NCBI GenBank assembly: GCA_012839815.1
Contig: DUMQ01000098.1
Span: 376-64,375 of the forward strand
Direction: 5' to 3'
Length of the DNA stretch: 64,000 nucleotides
Source of the DNA: Bacillota bacterium
Lineage (GTDB): Bacteria > Bacillota > SHA-98 > Ch115 > JABLXJ01
The notes under the pieces: generated by a model
Told to the model about the DNA's origin: nothing
Database searches by the model: none
What the model saw: only the letters and a program-made list of their open reading frames with translations
Shown here: piece by piece, positions 63,976 to 64,000 of the stretch
How positions within the stretch are numbered: the stretch's first letter is position 1
Layout of the letters: every line of letters begins with the position of its first letter
Program-made: the position numbers and the translations under genes

Positions 63976-64000
63976 CGATGCGAAGGATGCACGGGAAGCG

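Overview
GC-rich 64 kb window in which every supported gene lies on the + strand. It is dominated by an outer-membrane/LPS biogenesis supercluster of the kind known from diderm Firmicutes; the high GC and SLH-anchored OmpM-like proteins fit a Limnochordia-like lineage, but this is an inference. Order along the window: a HEPN/MNT toxin-antitoxin pair at the 5' edge; lptD-lptC-lptA; an unusual FtsX/MacB-topology permease with a giant periplasmic coiled-coil plus ABC ATPase; lpxC-fabZ-lpxA-lpxI-lpxB; a LpxB-related GT19-like paralog; msbA; a sugar nucleotidyltransferase; a second lptC-like gene; a second LpxB-related paralog; a second lptA; lptB; lptF/G; a DUF3084 coiled-coil membrane protein; two SLH-domain OmpM-like beta-barrel proteins; a short LptD-like paralog; galE; GT2 and GT4 glycosyltransferases; waaL. 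Downstream: metK, a Gfo/Idh/MocA oxidoreductase, a hybrid histidine kinase and CheY-like regulator, recD2, comFA-comFC, a URO-D-family protein, a LacI regulator with sugar ABC permeases, a GH31 glycosidase and two FGGY kinases. No rRNA, tRNA, CRISPR or recognisable transposase was found. The most striking non-coding feature is a ~510 bp array of ~16 degenerate 20-bp palindromes (TGGYAAG-N5-CTTRCCA) spaced at ~32 bp, between a YqgF-like gene and the second SLH/OmpM gene. Other oddities: many different short tandem-repeat arrays in intergenic regions; in-frame simple-sequence insertions inside several conserved enzymes; a ~30 bp dispersed repeat and a nested-hairpin element; and three deletion-scar pseudogenes (a GT2 remnant, a response-regulator remnant and a solute-binding-protein remnant).
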